Assembly: GCA_032161105.1 (NCBI GenBank)
Contig: JAVHTD010000012.1
DNA length: 64,000 nucleotides
Reading direction: 5' to 3' (one strand)
Origin: Candidatus Thermosaccharophagus tengchongensis
GTDB taxonomy: Bacteria > Armatimonadota > Fervidibacteria > Fervidibacterales > Thermosaccharophagaceae
Part shown: one piece after another, positions 18,580-28,790 of the stretch
How positions within the stretch are numbered: position 1 is the first letter of the stretch
Layout of the letters: the number at the start of each line of letters is the position of its first letter
Position numbers and translations under genes: made by a program
The notes under the pieces: model-generated
What the model was told of the DNA's origin: nothing
Databases searched by the model: none
The model's input: only the letters and a program-made list of their open reading frames with translations

Positions 18580-19869
18580 GTGCCGAATGGGCAAATGGGA
18601 AACATATGGCACGAGCCGACATTGAGGGCGCTGCTTGGAGCCACACTTTGGTGGCTGCCATTCAACATTTTTTGGGGAATTTTGCTCATTCATGGGCTGC
18701 AAATGCGGATTGAGGGGCTGGTTGAGCAAGCGGTTGCAGGGAGAGCGCTTGGGTGGTTGAACTTTGTTGGCGCATTCGTCTCAACTGTGACGCAGCTTGT
18801 AGTCGGTCCGATAAGCGATGCGTTGTGGTGGACTGGTTTCCGAAGGCGATTGCCACTGGTGATTGGGACTTCGTTAGCCTTCTTTCCGGTCCATTTCTTT
18901 CTCCACACCAAAAGGTTTGATGCATTGGTGCTAAACTTTGCACTCTTGCAGTTTCTGATAAACTGCGCTGCCGCATCTTTTCAAGCATTGATCCCCGATA
19001 CCTTACCCGATGGCAAGCATGGAATTGCATCGGCATATATGGCGATGTGGGCATTGATTGGCAACCTTGCTGGGATGGCTATTTGCATTGCTGTTCTTGG
19101 CAGGGTCCCAAAGCCAGCTGTGGAGATAGCATTATCAGCCACAGTTTTTGGCTCGTGGCTGTTTTTGTTCATTGTGGCAATTTTGACGGCAGTTTTGATC
19201 AAGGAGCCACCGCCGTCAGCTGGCTCAATGATGGCAAAATCACCTTGGCAAATCCTCTCAGCGATGAACTTCAAGGATGTGGTTGAGCATTGCAGCTTTA
19301 TGTGGCTATTTGCTTCCCGCTTCGCAATTCAAATGGGGGTTTATGGCTCAATACCCTTCCTCAGGTGGTATGTTCGTGACACGCTCCGAAGCGATAAAGT
19401 TGTCGTTGATACTGCTACAGTCGGCATTTGTGCCATAATCGGGAGCGCCATCTCAATCTTGCCAGCCGGAAAACTCGCCGATAGATACAGCAAGAGGCTG
19501 ATCATATTCGCTGCATGCTCAGTGGCGATGCTTGGCGGGGTAATCTTCATTTGCGCAAATTCAAAGTTTACAGCGATGGCTGCGGCAATCATCCTCGGGA
19601 TGGGCTTTGGTGCATTTAGTGCTGTTGATTGGGCACTCGCATGCAACTTGGTGCCAAAGGAATGGGCTGCAAAGTTTATGGCTGTGTTTCACATTGCTTT
19701 CACTTTGCCGCAGGCTGTGTCCAGCTTCATTGGCGGCTTTGTTGGGGATCTTGGCAATCAGTTCTTTGGCAGGGGAATTGGCTGGAGGCTCGTCTTTGCA
19801 ATGTGCGTTGTCTACTTCTTTGTCGGGACATGGATGATACGAAATGTCACGGAGAGAAGAGTAGGTTAG
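18580..19869 (+). CDS. MFS transporter
   Basis: About 12 TM segments; GPISD..RRR and GKLADRYSKR motif A; start uncertain (GTG 18580 or ATG 18595). Confidence 0.85.
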   Translation: MPNGQMGNIWHEPTLRALLGATLWWLPFNIFWGILLIHGLQMRIEGLVEQAVAGRALGWLNFVGAFVSTVTQLVVGPISDALWWTGFRRRLPLVIGTSLAFFPVHFFLHTKRFDALVLNFALLQFLINCAAASFQALIPDTLPDGKHGIASAYMAMWALIGNLAGMAICIAVLGRVPKPAVEIALSATVFGSWLFLFIVAILTAVLIKEPPPSAGSMMAKSPWQILSAMNFKDVVEHCSFMWLFASRFAIQMGVYGSIPFLRWYVRDTLRSDKVVVDTATVGICAIIGSAISILPAGKLADRYSKRLIIFAACSVAMLGGVIFICANSKFTAMAAAIILGMGFGAFSAVDWALACNLVPKEWAAKFMAVFHIAFTLPQAVSSFIGGFVGDLGNQFFGRGIGWRLVFAMCVVYFFVGTWMIRNVTERRVG

Positions 19870-19933
19870 CGCCACAGGCATAACTGTCCCGAGGCATAAT
19901 AGCCCAAAGGCTTCAAGGCGCTTTCAGTTGCAA

Positions 19934-19972
19934 TTGCCTTTTCGTTCTCAAAAGCGCTACAATCGTTTTGAG
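19934..19972 (+). promoter_or_regulatory. Putative promoter with overlapping inverted repeat
   Basis: TTGCCT-N18-TACAAT; CTCAAAA-N12-TTTTGAG straddles the -10. Confidence 0.35.
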
Positions 19973-20061
19973 CACTCAGATGCATCGGTGAAGTGAAGCA
20001 TTTTCGCCATAGTGGCACGCCGAAGTTGTCTCTCAAAACGCCTGCAGAGGAGGGGATGCAC

Positions 20062-21312
20062 ATGAGGCAGACGAGAAGGCAATTCCTGAGCGATGCGGCT
20101 GCATTCGCTTCTTTGACGATACTCAGCAAATCCGTCTATGGCGCAAATGAAAAGATCGGTGTCGGCATTATCGGTTGTGGTGGTATGGGTGGCGGTCACA
20201 TTGGCACGGTGAGGAGGCTAAAAGAAAAGGGTGAGGCAGTTGAGCTTGTTGCCGTTTGCGATGTATGGCGCAAGCGCCTTGATGGTGTGGCGAAGGCGAC
20301 TGGCGCAACGCCATACATGGACTATCGTAAGCTGCTTGAGGACAAGGCAGTGGATGCGGTTTGCATTGCGACCCCGGATCACTGGCATGCCAAGATAGCC
20401 ATTGATGCAATGGAGGCTGGTAAGGATGTTTACTGCGAGAAGCCAATGACATACTGGAAAAGATTTGATGAGCCAAAGCGCATCGTTGAGACGCTGCAGA
20501 AGACAAAGCGAGTCCTTCAAGTTGGAACTCAAGGCATGTCCGACAGCATTTGGGAGCAGGTTGCTGAAGCGATAAGCGCCGGAGAGATTGGAACACTCAT
20601 TCATGCACAAGCCGCTGATATGCGCACCGGGCATTGGAGTGTCCTTTGCGGATGTGAGAAGGACATTGACCCGGATGCAAAGCCCGGTGAAAATCTTGAT
20701 TGGGACATGTGGCTTGGTTGGCAATTTGGGCTTGCTCCAAAGCGCCCATGGGAGCCAAGCAGGTTCTTTGCATTTCGCATCTTCTGGGACTACTCGGGCG
20801 GTTTGGCTACCGATTGGTTTCCGCACATACTTACGCCACTTGTTAGGGCAATGGGATTGAAGTTCCCAAAGCGCGTAACAGCTTCCGGTGGCTTGTATGT
20901 GCCTGAGCACAAGGGCAGGTGGGAGGTGCCCGACATATTTCAAATGCTCGTTGAATACCCAAATGGTCCTTCCGTCTTGCTCGTTGCGTGCTTGGGTAAC
21001 AACTTTGGCATGCCGATGCTCATTCGTGGTAGCAAGGCGACGCTCACCTTTGAAGGTCCGGGGGCTGTGATACATCCGCAGCGCGAAGTCGTAGGTGACC
21101 AGCCAAGGAAGGAGATTGCGCGCACTCGTGGTGCATCCCTTGAGGAGCATTGGCGTGATTTCTTGAATTGCATACGAACGCGCCAGCAGCCAAGGAGCAA
21201 TGCCTTGTTGGGTTACTATGTCATGACCGCAATTCACATGGGCATACGCTCATACCTTGAGGGGCGCACAATGGAGTTTGACGAGGCAACAGAGACAGTC
21301 AAGCCGGTGTGA
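20062..21312 (+). CDS. Tat-exported Gfo/Idh/MocA oxidoreductase
   Basis: TRRQFL signal; GIIGCGGMG, IATPDHWH and YCEKP motifs. Confidence 0.9.
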   Translation: MRQTRRQFLSDAAAFASLTILSKSVYGANEKIGVGIIGCGGMGGGHIGTVRRLKEKGEAVELVAVCDVWRKRLDGVAKATGATPYMDYRKLLEDKAVDAVCIATPDHWHAKIAIDAMEAGKDVYCEKPMTYWKRFDEPKRIVETLQKTKRVLQVGTQGMSDSIWEQVAEAISAGEIGTLIHAQAADMRTGHWSVLCGCEKDIDPDAKPGENLDWDMWLGWQFGLAPKRPWEPSRFFAFRIFWDYSGGLATDWFPHILTPLVRAMGLKFPKRVTASGGLYVPEHKGRWEVPDIFQMLVEYPNGPSVLLVACLGNNFGMPMLIRGSKATLTFEGPGAVIHPQREVVGDQPRKEIARTRGASLEEHWRDFLNCIRTRQQPRSNALLGYYVMTAIHMGIRSYLEGRTMEFDEATETVKPV

Positions 21313-21355
21313 AAAGCCTTGGCGCTCGCTTGAATGCCATGCGGAGGTGCGATGG

Positions 21356-22270
21356 GTGGCGAGGGCATGGATTGATGGCTCATTAGTGCGCATTGAAACA
21401 GAGCGCTATTGTGCAGCCGTTCAAACGAAGGGCTATGTCACCGGGGTTATGGGTGGCAGTTTCATTGACAAGGCGACAGGTGCAAGGGATGTTGGGTTTG
21501 GTTTGGTCATCGTTGATTTCCTACTTGAGCCCGGCGCTGACACTGAAGAGACGCCAAAGGAGTTGCGCTACCACTGGGGTGATGCAATTCATGGCAATAT
21601 ACCAAAGCGCTATGTTGAGCTGCCGCAGATATGCACGCAAGCAAAAGAGCTCCCGTTTGAGATTGTTGAGGGTGACGGCTTTGTTGCAGTGCATCAATGG
21701 TTCACTTGGAGCGTTGCGCGCCCACCGTATAAGCCGGGCTCAAGATGGGAGCAGTGGCTTGTCTTCCCGGAAGGCGTTCGTTGGTTTGTCTCGTATGATG
21801 TCGTAAGGAGCGCAAACGATGTTGATTGTCTCCTCTTGCGCATGGACATGCCATGCCACATAAGGCACAATCGCGGAGATACATTCAGGCAAATCTACCT
21901 CAGCTATCACGGCTTCATACCGGCTGAGGTATTCTTTGAGGACTTCCCACCGCATGAACGATACCTCTATCGGCGTGAGGATGGGAAGGTGCCAAGGCGT
22001 TTCATTCGCGGCGCGCAGTTGAGAGACGACATTTGGCTGCTTGGGATGTGCTTAAAGCCATCAATGGTTTATGAGGCATGGTGCCATCAGCGTGGCTATG
22101 TGTGCATGATTCAAGAAATTGGCGGCTTGAAGGTGAAGGCAGGCGATGCCTTTGGTGCGGTGCACATCGTCGGCTTCTTTGAGGATGTCGCCGAAGCCGA
22201 AAAAACTTTTGATGAGCATGAAGGGAAAGAGGCGCTCATAATCAAGGGACGAAGTTGGGAACTTGTGTAG
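21356..22270 (+). CDS. Hypothetical protein
   Basis: Long ORF, GGAGG RBS before GTG 21356, lies in an apparent operon. Confidence 0.65.
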   Translation: MARAWIDGSLVRIETERYCAAVQTKGYVTGVMGGSFIDKATGARDVGFGLVIVDFLLEPGADTEETPKELRYHWGDAIHGNIPKRYVELPQICTQAKELPFEIVEGDGFVAVHQWFTWSVARPPYKPGSRWEQWLVFPEGVRWFVSYDVVRSANDVDCLLLRMDMPCHIRHNRGDTFRQIYLSYHGFIPAEVFFEDFPPHERYLYRREDGKVPRRFIRGAQLRDDIWLLGMCLKPSMVYEAWCHQRGYVCMIQEIGGLKVKAGDAFGAVHIVGFFEDVAEAEKTFDEHEGKEALIIKGRSWELV

Positions 22271-22283
22271 AGTGGTGATTAGC

Positions 22284-22868
22284 ATGGCAGGACAGCTCCC
22301 CGAATACATCATCAGCGTGATGGCTCGTGATAGACCGGGGATAATCGCCGGCATCGGGAAGGCAATCTATGAGCTTGGTGGCAACATAGAGGAATTGAGC
22401 CAAACAGTCGTGAGAGGTTACTTCACCGTCATTGTGTGTGTCACCTTCCCAGAGCCGCAGCCGCCGCTTGAAGAAGTTGTGAGGGCGATTGAGTCAACAG
22501 GTATTCCAGGTGAGTTGCATGTCACGGCAGCATTGCGCCACCCAAGTGAGCCATTAAGCGCGACACCGGAAAACTATGACCGCTTCATACTCACGGTGTA
22601 TGGTAACGACCAGCCCGGCATAATTTATCGCATGGCTTCATATCTCGCATCAAGGGGCATCAATATCACTGACCTCTATGGAAGGACCAGTGATGGCGGT
22701 TTTATGATGGTGCTTGAACTCTCAGTCCCGCCGGAACTTGACCCAAGGGAGCTAAAACATGACCTTGAAGAGCTTGGACGCTCAATTGGGCTGTCGGCGC
22801 ATTTTCAGCACGAGAACTTGTTTAAGGTGACGCACGACTTGCGCTCGCTGGCAGCGCCAACGCTTTAA
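22284..22868 (+). CDS. Tandem ACT-domain protein (GcvR-like)
   Basis: Two ACT units: DRPGIIA and DQPGIIY. Confidence 0.85.
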   Translation: MAGQLPEYIISVMARDRPGIIAGIGKAIYELGGNIEELSQTVVRGYFTVIVCVTFPEPQPPLEEVVRAIESTGIPGELHVTAALRHPSEPLSATPENYDRFILTVYGNDQPGIIYRMASYLASRGINITDLYGRTSDGGFMMVLELSVPPELDPRELKHDLEELGRSIGLSAHFQHENLFKVTHDLRSLAAPTL

Positions 22869-22888
22869 TTGCATCTTCTGCATCTTCT

Positions 22889-22951
22889 TTCGGAGGGCGC
22901 TTCTCCCGAAGCGCCGTTCTCTTCGGCGGCTCCGGAGAGCCGCCCTCTGAA
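22889..22951. repeat. Double-hairpin palindrome between convergent genes (terminator or REPIN-like)
   Basis: TTCGGAGGGCG...CGCCCTCTGAA termini with inner hairpins GGCGCTTC/GAAGCGCC and GGCGGCTC/GAGCCGCC. Confidence 0.55.
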
Positions 22952-22984
22952 TGATTACAGCTAAAGCCACCAACAGGCTCATGG

Positions 22985-24358
22985 TCAGTTCCTCAGGCTT
23001 GTTAATGGTGCTGGTATTCGCCCACCCATTCTGACGAATTCGCTGCTGCAGCCGACATTTCGTATTTCCATGACAACGGTCTCGCCAAACAGCCCGCCAA
23101 ATTTGACTTTCTCACCGGCGCGCTTTCCCGGGACCGGAATAACCCTCACAGCGGTTGTCTTGTGATTGAACACACCAATGGCAAGCTCATCCGCTATCAA
23201 TGAGGCGATTGTCTCAGTATCAACATCCCCCGGTATCGCAATCATATCAAGCCCGACAGAACATACGCTCGTCATCGCTTCAAGTTTTTCAATCGTCAAA
23301 TAGCCCATCTCTGCAGCGTGCGACAATCCGCTGTCCTCCGCAACTGGTATGAATGCCCCAGATAAACCTCCGACCGCTGATGAGGCAAATAAACCGCCCT
23401 TCTTAACGGCATCATTTAGCAGCGCTAATGCTGCTGTTGAACCAGGCGCACCAACATGCTTAATCCCCATAGCCTGAAGTATCTCGCCAACGCTGTCCCC
23501 AACTCTCGGTGTTGGTGCAAGCGACAAGTCAACTATGCCGAACTTGGCGCCAATTGCCTGCGCAATCTCCCTGCCGATTAGCTCGCCGATGCGAGTCAGC
23601 CTGAATGCCGTCGTCTTTATCACCTCGGCGACATCGTTCAATGTCAACTTCGGCTTCATCTCCTTTGCGCGCTCAATTGCTCCTTTAACCACGCCCGGAC
23701 CGCTAACGCCCACATTGACAGCGCAATCTGCTTCCCCAATTCCGTTGAATGCGCCAGCCATGAATGGGTTGTCTTCAGGAGCATTCGCAAACACAACGAA
23801 CTTCGCACACCCAAAACCGTTAAGGTGAGCAGTGCGTTGCGCAACTTGAAGCAGCATCTCGCTGATGAGCAAAACTGCATCCATGTTTATCCCGGTGTTC
23901 GTAGAGGCTGCATTTACAGATGCGCATAAGCGCTCAGTTGTGCTTAGGGCTTCTGGGAGTGAGCGTATGAGCGTTTCATCATCTTCGGTCATGCCTTTGT
24001 GAACAAGAGCCGTGTAGCCGCCAATCAAATCAACGCCAAGTTCACGCGCTGTTTCATCAAGCGTCTTTGCCACCTTGATGAAGCCGTCAAGACCATGCCC
24101 GGAGGCTATGATGCTTATTGGAGTGACAGCTATTCTCCGATGCACAATTGGCACACCATACTTGACCTCAAGCGCTTCACATGCCGAGTGCAGCTTACTT
24201 GCGCGCTCAAGCAACCTTGACCGTATGCGCTTGCACAAGATATTGATGTCGTCGGAGTAGCAGCCAAGCAAGCTTATTCCAACTGTGACAGTGCGCACAT
24301 CAAAATTCTCCTCATGTATCATCCGTATCGTGCTGAGTATGTCTTCAGTGCGGACCAT
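22985..24358 (-). CDS. PFL-like family protein (DUF711/UPF0210)
   Basis: DVRTVTVGISL, EDNPFMAGAF, VGVSGPGVV and EAMTSVCSVGLDM motifs. Confidence 0.9.
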   Translation of the reverse strand: MVRTEDILSTIRMIHEENFDVRTVTVGISLLGCYSDDINILCKRIRSRLLERASKLHSACEALEVKYGVPIVHRRIAVTPISIIASGHGLDGFIKVAKTLDETARELGVDLIGGYTALVHKGMTEDDETLIRSLPEALSTTERLCASVNAASTNTGINMDAVLLISEMLLQVAQRTAHLNGFGCAKFVVFANAPEDNPFMAGAFNGIGEADCAVNVGVSGPGVVKGAIERAKEMKPKLTLNDVAEVIKTTAFRLTRIGELIGREIAQAIGAKFGIVDLSLAPTPRVGDSVGEILQAMGIKHVGAPGSTAALALLNDAVKKGGLFASSAVGGLSGAFIPVAEDSGLSHAAEMGYLTIEKLEAMTSVCSVGLDMIAIPGDVDTETIASLIADELAIGVFNHKTTAVRVIPVPGKRAGEKVKFGGLFGETVVMEIRNVGCSSEFVRMGGRIPAPLTSLRN

Positions 24359-24484
24359 GCAATCACCCCCTTGATTGCATTATGGATCGCGCTACATAAC
24401 GCCATCAGTGAGAGTAGCTTCAATTTAGCGGCGTGCGCCGAAGTGGCAAAGGAGGTGTGAATGGGGTGATGAACGCTACCAGAA

Positions 24485-24740
24485 GTTCGTAGTAAGACAC
24501 CAAACGAAGTGTAGCGCCACCAACGAGGTTCGTAGTAAGGCACGAAACGAAGTGAAGTGCCGTCAACGATGCCATGATGAACGCCACTTCGCTAACGCTT
24601 CGTGGCTTACTACGAACAATGCCATGATGGACGCCACTTCGCTTACGCTTCGTGGCTTACTACGAACGATGTCATGATGAACGCCACTCCGCTATTGCTT
24701 CATGGCTTACTACGAACAATGCCCGTGGCTTACTACGAAC
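24485..24740. repeat. REPIN array: two left arms, three full right arms at 50-bp period, one partial arm
   Basis: GTTCGTAGTAAG.. at 24485 and 24528; ..TGGCTTACTACGAAC ending 24617, 24667, 24717 and 24740. Confidence 0.9.
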
Positions 24741-24991
24741 AATGCATTGCTCAATTGATGTCGTTTGACGAGATTGCAATGTGAGACTTTACAATCAAAT
24801 TGCGCCGTGCCAAAGTTGGGTTGTGGGAGTTGGGTTTTCTGAATGGGGTCAATCTCACACCGAAGGAGGTGATGCAGTGAAAGTTCACAGGGGCAGTTTC
24901 CGAGTTCACGACTGAGGAACGATGTGAGGCGGACTATCGTCCGCCCTACAATCTCCACACGATGTTTTTAAACTCAAAGGAGGGGTGCGAA

Positions 24992-25738
24992 ATGAAGCGA
25001 GCAGCTGGAATGCTTAGGTTGAGGTGGAGAGGTTTTACGCTGATAGAGCTGCTGGTGGTGATAGCGATAATCGCCATCTTGGCAGCGATACTGTTCCCCG
25101 TGTTTGCGAGGGCGAGGGAAAAAGCGAGAAGCGCATCATGCCAAAGCAACTTGAAGCAAATCGGGCTGGGCATTTTGCAGTATTGTCAGGACTACGATGA
25201 GTTCTTTCCGGTTGTGCGCGGATATGACCCGACTATTGGCAAGCTCTGGACATGGAAGTCGGAGATAATGCCCTATGTGAAGAATGACAAAATCTTCACA
25301 TGTCCATCAAGCCCCTACATTAACAATCCCTATTGCGGTGATTGCATAACTTGCGCCACCCAAAGTATTGAATCGCCATACCTTGACAGGTCTTATGCAT
25401 GGGCAACTGCGAGTGGCGATAACCCTGCAACCGACAACTTCTCATACGGATGGGGAGCTCGTCCACCGCACCAGTCAATGATAAAGTCGCCGGCGAATGT
25501 TTTGATGATCGTAGAGACACATACAACCTGCATAGACCACTGTGCATGGTGTAGCGGCAATGCGCGCTGTGACCACAATGGCTACGGCAACTTCCTCTTC
25601 GCTGATGGGCATGTGAAGATCATGAAATGGACACATACCTACCAGCCAGTATGCATGTGGGAGTTCAGCAGGGCTGCTGCGGGAACAATTTGTAGGGATC
25701 CCAATTGGGTGAACAATGTGCGTGCTGAATGCCGTTGA
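24992..25738 (+). CDS. Prepilin-type N-terminal cleavage/methylation protein, DUF1559 with H-X9-DG motif
   Basis: [40 protein letters not shown] and [13 protein letters not shown]; Cys-rich. Confidence 0.9.
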   Translation: MKRAAGMLRLRWRGFTLIELLVVIAIIAILAAILFPVFARAREKARSASCQSNLKQIGLGILQYCQDYDEFFPVVRGYDPTIGKLWTWKSEIMPYVKNDKIFTCPSSPYINNPYCGDCITCATQSIESPYLDRSYAWATASGDNPATDNFSYGWGARPPHQSMIKSPANVLMIVETHTTCIDHCAWCSGNARCDHNGYGNFLFADGHVKIMKWTHTYQPVCMWEFSRAAAGTICRDPNWVNNVRAECR

Positions 25739-26127
25739 GGGCGCTGGCGATAAATGCCTCGCTGCCACTCACAAACTCAGAACTGAAGAAGAGCTTTCAT
25801 CGCCTGTGATAACTTGATGTGCGTGTTCAAGTTTTCTTGAGCATTCAAAATGCCGTCTTCTGTGATGCTCGTGCAAAGTGGCATTCGGATTTGAAGCACA
25901 GGAGGCGAAGTTTGTCCCGGCACTGCAGTGGAGGCGCTAACCCGAAAGGATCACGAATGACGGCGTGTTTTTCGCACCGATTGCGCATTGCGGCATTGAG
26001 CCATTCGCTTTAACGCTCTCTTCATCCTCATGAAATACTCCCTGCGCCATACTAAGGGTTGAGTGTGTATGCCCTTCAACCTTTGCGTTTAATCAAGCGC
26101 TCATGCGATGAAGGGAGATAGGACCGT

Positions 26128-26769
26128 ATGCATGAGGGTAAGCGTGAGACGAACTCAATGTTTGACAGTGATAGCCTTACATGTGCCATTGGCTGTCCTG
26201 GTGTGGGAGGGAAAATTGATATTCTCACAACTCGCCTCAACGCGTTCAAGGAGTGGCTTGAGGATTTCCTAAGGGGTGTTGGCGTTGCGAGGCTGATTGA
26301 TGTGGCTCGCAAGAATTCGCTCTGGTATATGACATTCGGATTGGCATGCTGTGCTATTGAGATGATGCACACGATCGGACCGAGATACGACTTTGACAGG
26401 TATGGCATGATGCCGAGGGCGACTCCGAGGCAATCGGATTTGATGATAATTGCCGGAACGGTCACATACAAGATGGCTCCGAGAATAAGGGTGCTCTATG
26501 AGCAGATGGCGGAGCCAAGGTGGGTAATAGCGATGGGCGCTTGCGCAATTGGCGGCGGTCCATTCTACGATTCGTATAGCGTGTTAAATGGTGTGGACAA
26601 AATCATCCCGGTGGATGTGTATGTTCCGGGTTGTCCACCAACGCCCGAGCAATTGCTTTGGGGAGTGAAGATGCTTCAGGATAAGATACTTCGTGGCGAA
26701 GTCAGACGCATGCCAAAGGAACAAAAGGAGAAGCTCATGTCACTCATAGCGAAGCACACGGACAAGTGA
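26128..26769 (+). CDS. nuoB: NADH-quinone oxidoreductase subunit B
   Basis: [29 protein letters not shown] and [10 protein letters not shown] motifs. Confidence 0.95.
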   Translation: MHEGKRETNSMFDSDSLTCAIGCPGVGGKIDILTTRLNAFKEWLEDFLRGVGVARLIDVARKNSLWYMTFGLACCAIEMMHTIGPRYDFDRYGMMPRATPRQSDLMIIAGTVTYKMAPRIRVLYEQMAEPRWVIAMGACAIGGGPFYDSYSVLNGVDKIIPVDVYVPGCPPTPEQLLWGVKMLQDKILRGEVRRMPKEQKEKLMSLIAKHTDK

Positions 26770-26778
26770 TGGTGATTT

Positions 26779-27363
26779 TTGATGGCGCTCGCCAGCAACT
26801 TCGTGAGGACAACTGCTGGGCTTATGAAGGGGCTTAAGGTGACCGCCAAAAATTTCCTTAGCACAGTCATCATGAGGCGGGCAATGACGATAACCGAAAA
26901 GTGGGGCGCAAGGAAAATAGCCGACAGGTATCGTGGGATAATCGTGCTCACCACGGACCTTCAAACTGGTGAGGAGAATTGCATCGGATGCATGGGGTGC
27001 GTGCGCGCTTGTCCGGACCATTGCATCTACATTGAAGTTGAAAGGCGAGAAGGGCACCGTGGGCGCTACCCGATTAAGTTCATCGTTGATTTGAGCCTGT
27101 GCAGCTTCTGCGGGCTCTGCGTTGAAGCCTGTCCAACGCCATCGCTAATCCACAGTCACATTTGGCAGTTTGGCGGTTACTCGCGCTCCGACCTTTTGCT
27201 CGGCAAGGAAAAGCTTTTGAAATGGGGCGACGAGGAGCAAGCGAGAAGGGGCGATGCCGAGTTGATCACCGGAAAACGCTCACAGCAACGCCGCATAAAG
27301 GAAAGGGAGGGCGAGTCAACCGAGGCTAAGGATGAAAGCGCTGGTGAAGGTGAACAAGCATGA
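26779..27363 (+). CDS. nuoI: NADH-quinone oxidoreductase subunit I
   Basis: RYRG and two CxxCxxCxxxCP motifs; follows nuoB. Confidence 0.85.
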   Translation: MMALASNFVRTTAGLMKGLKVTAKNFLSTVIMRRAMTITEKWGARKIADRYRGIIVLTTDLQTGEENCIGCMGCVRACPDHCIYIEVERREGHRGRYPIKFIVDLSLCSFCGLCVEACPTPSLIHSHIWQFGGYSRSDLLLGKEKLLKWGDEEQARRGDAELITGKRSQQRRIKEREGESTEAKDESAGEGEQA

Positions 27364-28706
27364 CTCAGATGGAAGCAGCAAGGAAAGGCATTATCACGGA
27401 GCAGATGAAAAAAGTGGCTGAGGATGAATGTGTAGATGTTGAGTGGCTGCGTGAGCAGGTTGCCAATGGCAGGGTGGTGATACCGTGCAACAAAGTTCAC
27501 ATGCCTGAGCCGATCGGCATAGGCGAGGGCTTGCGCGTGAAGGTGAATGCCAACATTGGGACATCACCGATGCACGCTGATTTAAATGAGGAACTTGCGA
27601 AGCTTGAGATGTGCATTCGCTATGGCGCTGACACAGTTATGGATTTGAGCACTGGCGGGAACTTGAATGAGATACGGATGGAAATTCTCAAGCGCTGGCG
27701 TAAGCCACTTGGCACAGTCCCAATATATCAAGTCGCACAGGAGTTGCTCAACGAGCGCAAGCCGATAAGCGCAATGGAGAGGGAGCATCTTTTTGAAGTT
27801 ATTGAACGGCAGGCGAAACAGGGCGTTGACTTCATGACAGTCCACTGCGGTGTCACAAGGCATGCACTTGAGCTGTTTAAGCGCTCAAGGCGCATCGGTG
27901 GAATCGTGAGCAGGGGCGGCAGTTTGCTCGCGATGTGGATGGTGGCTAACAACGCGGAGAATCCGCTGTATGAGCACTTTGACAGGCTGCTTGAGATAGC
28001 GAGCCGGTATGATGTGACTTTGAGCTTGGGAGATGGGATGCGCCCCGGAGCAATAGCCGATGCCGGTGACTCCGCCCAATGGTATGAGACATCAGTGCTC
28101 GGTGAATTGACGCGGCGCGCGTGGGAGGCAAATGTGCAAGTCATGATTGAGGGTCCGGGGCATGTCCCGATGCACCATGTTGAAGCTCATGTGAAGATGA
28201 TGAAGGCGCTCTGTCACGGCGCGCCAATTTACTTGCTCGGTCCGTTGACATGCGATGTGGCAGCCGGCTATGACCACATTGCTGCTGCAATTGGTGGTGC
28301 CATTGCAGCGATGGCTGGTGCTGACTTCCTTTGCTATGTCACGCCTGCGGAGCATTTGAGGTTGCCATCACCTGAGGATGTGCGCATTGGCATAATAGCG
28401 AGCCGAATTGCAGCTCACTCCGCTGACATAGCAAGGGGCATTAAAGGGGCGCTCCAATGGGATAAGCAAATGTCAAGGGCGAGGAAGGAGCTTGATTGGG
28501 AGAGGATGTATGAGTTAGCGGTGGATGGCGATAGGGCGAGGGAATACAGAGCCGACATGAGCGATGCCATCAGGGGCGTATGCAGCATGTGCGGTCAGTT
28601 CTGCGCAGTGGCTACCTCTTCAGCGGTTGAGCGCATTTTGATTGAGGGCGCAAAGGGCGATGTGATTTCCGGGCTACCAGTGGAATGCCCACTTATACAG
28701 CAGTAG
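27360..28706 (+). CDS. thiC: Phosphomethylpyrimidine synthase
   Basis: KVNANIGTS, MDLSTGG, EGPGH and CSMCGQFC motifs. Confidence 0.95.
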   Translation: MTQMEAARKGIITEQMKKVAEDECVDVEWLREQVANGRVVIPCNKVHMPEPIGIGEGLRVKVNANIGTSPMHADLNEELAKLEMCIRYGADTVMDLSTGGNLNEIRMEILKRWRKPLGTVPIYQVAQELLNERKPISAMEREHLFEVIERQAKQGVDFMTVHCGVTRHALELFKRSRRIGGIVSRGGSLLAMWMVANNAENPLYEHFDRLLEIASRYDVTLSLGDGMRPGAIADAGDSAQWYETSVLGELTRRAWEANVQVMIEGPGHVPMHHVEAHVKMMKALCHGAPIYLLGPLTCDVAAGYDHIAAAIGGAIAAMAGADFLCYVTPAEHLRLPSPEDVRIGIIASRIAAHSADIARGIKGALQWDKQMSRARKELDWERMYELAVDGDRAREYRADMSDAIRGVCSMCGQFCAVATSSAVERILIEGAKGDVISGLPVECPLIQQ

Positions 28707-28790
28707 CAGATAAGCGGTGCTGCTCAAGCTATCAACTCAAGTTTAACCCAAGTCCTCAGCAACCGAGGGCTGGGCAGTGGGTGATTTGCG

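Noticed and set aside
20218..21237. 339-aa minus-strand ORF
   Set aside because: Antisense shadow of the Gfo/Idh/MocA gene with no recognisable motif.
24485..24740. CRISPR array
   Set aside because: Intervening segments are only about 14 bp and nearly identical, arms occur in both orientations, and no cas genes are present; this fits a REPIN array.
24863..24915. Strong RBS (AAGGAGGTGA) with a 12-codon ORF
   Set aside because: Too short and out of frame with the DUF1559 gene; no other support.
25740..26010. TPP or cyclic-dinucleotide riboswitch upstream of nuoB-thiC
   Set aside because: No CTGAGA/ACCTGA TPP core; the CCGAAAGG fragment lacks the rest of any consensus I recognise.
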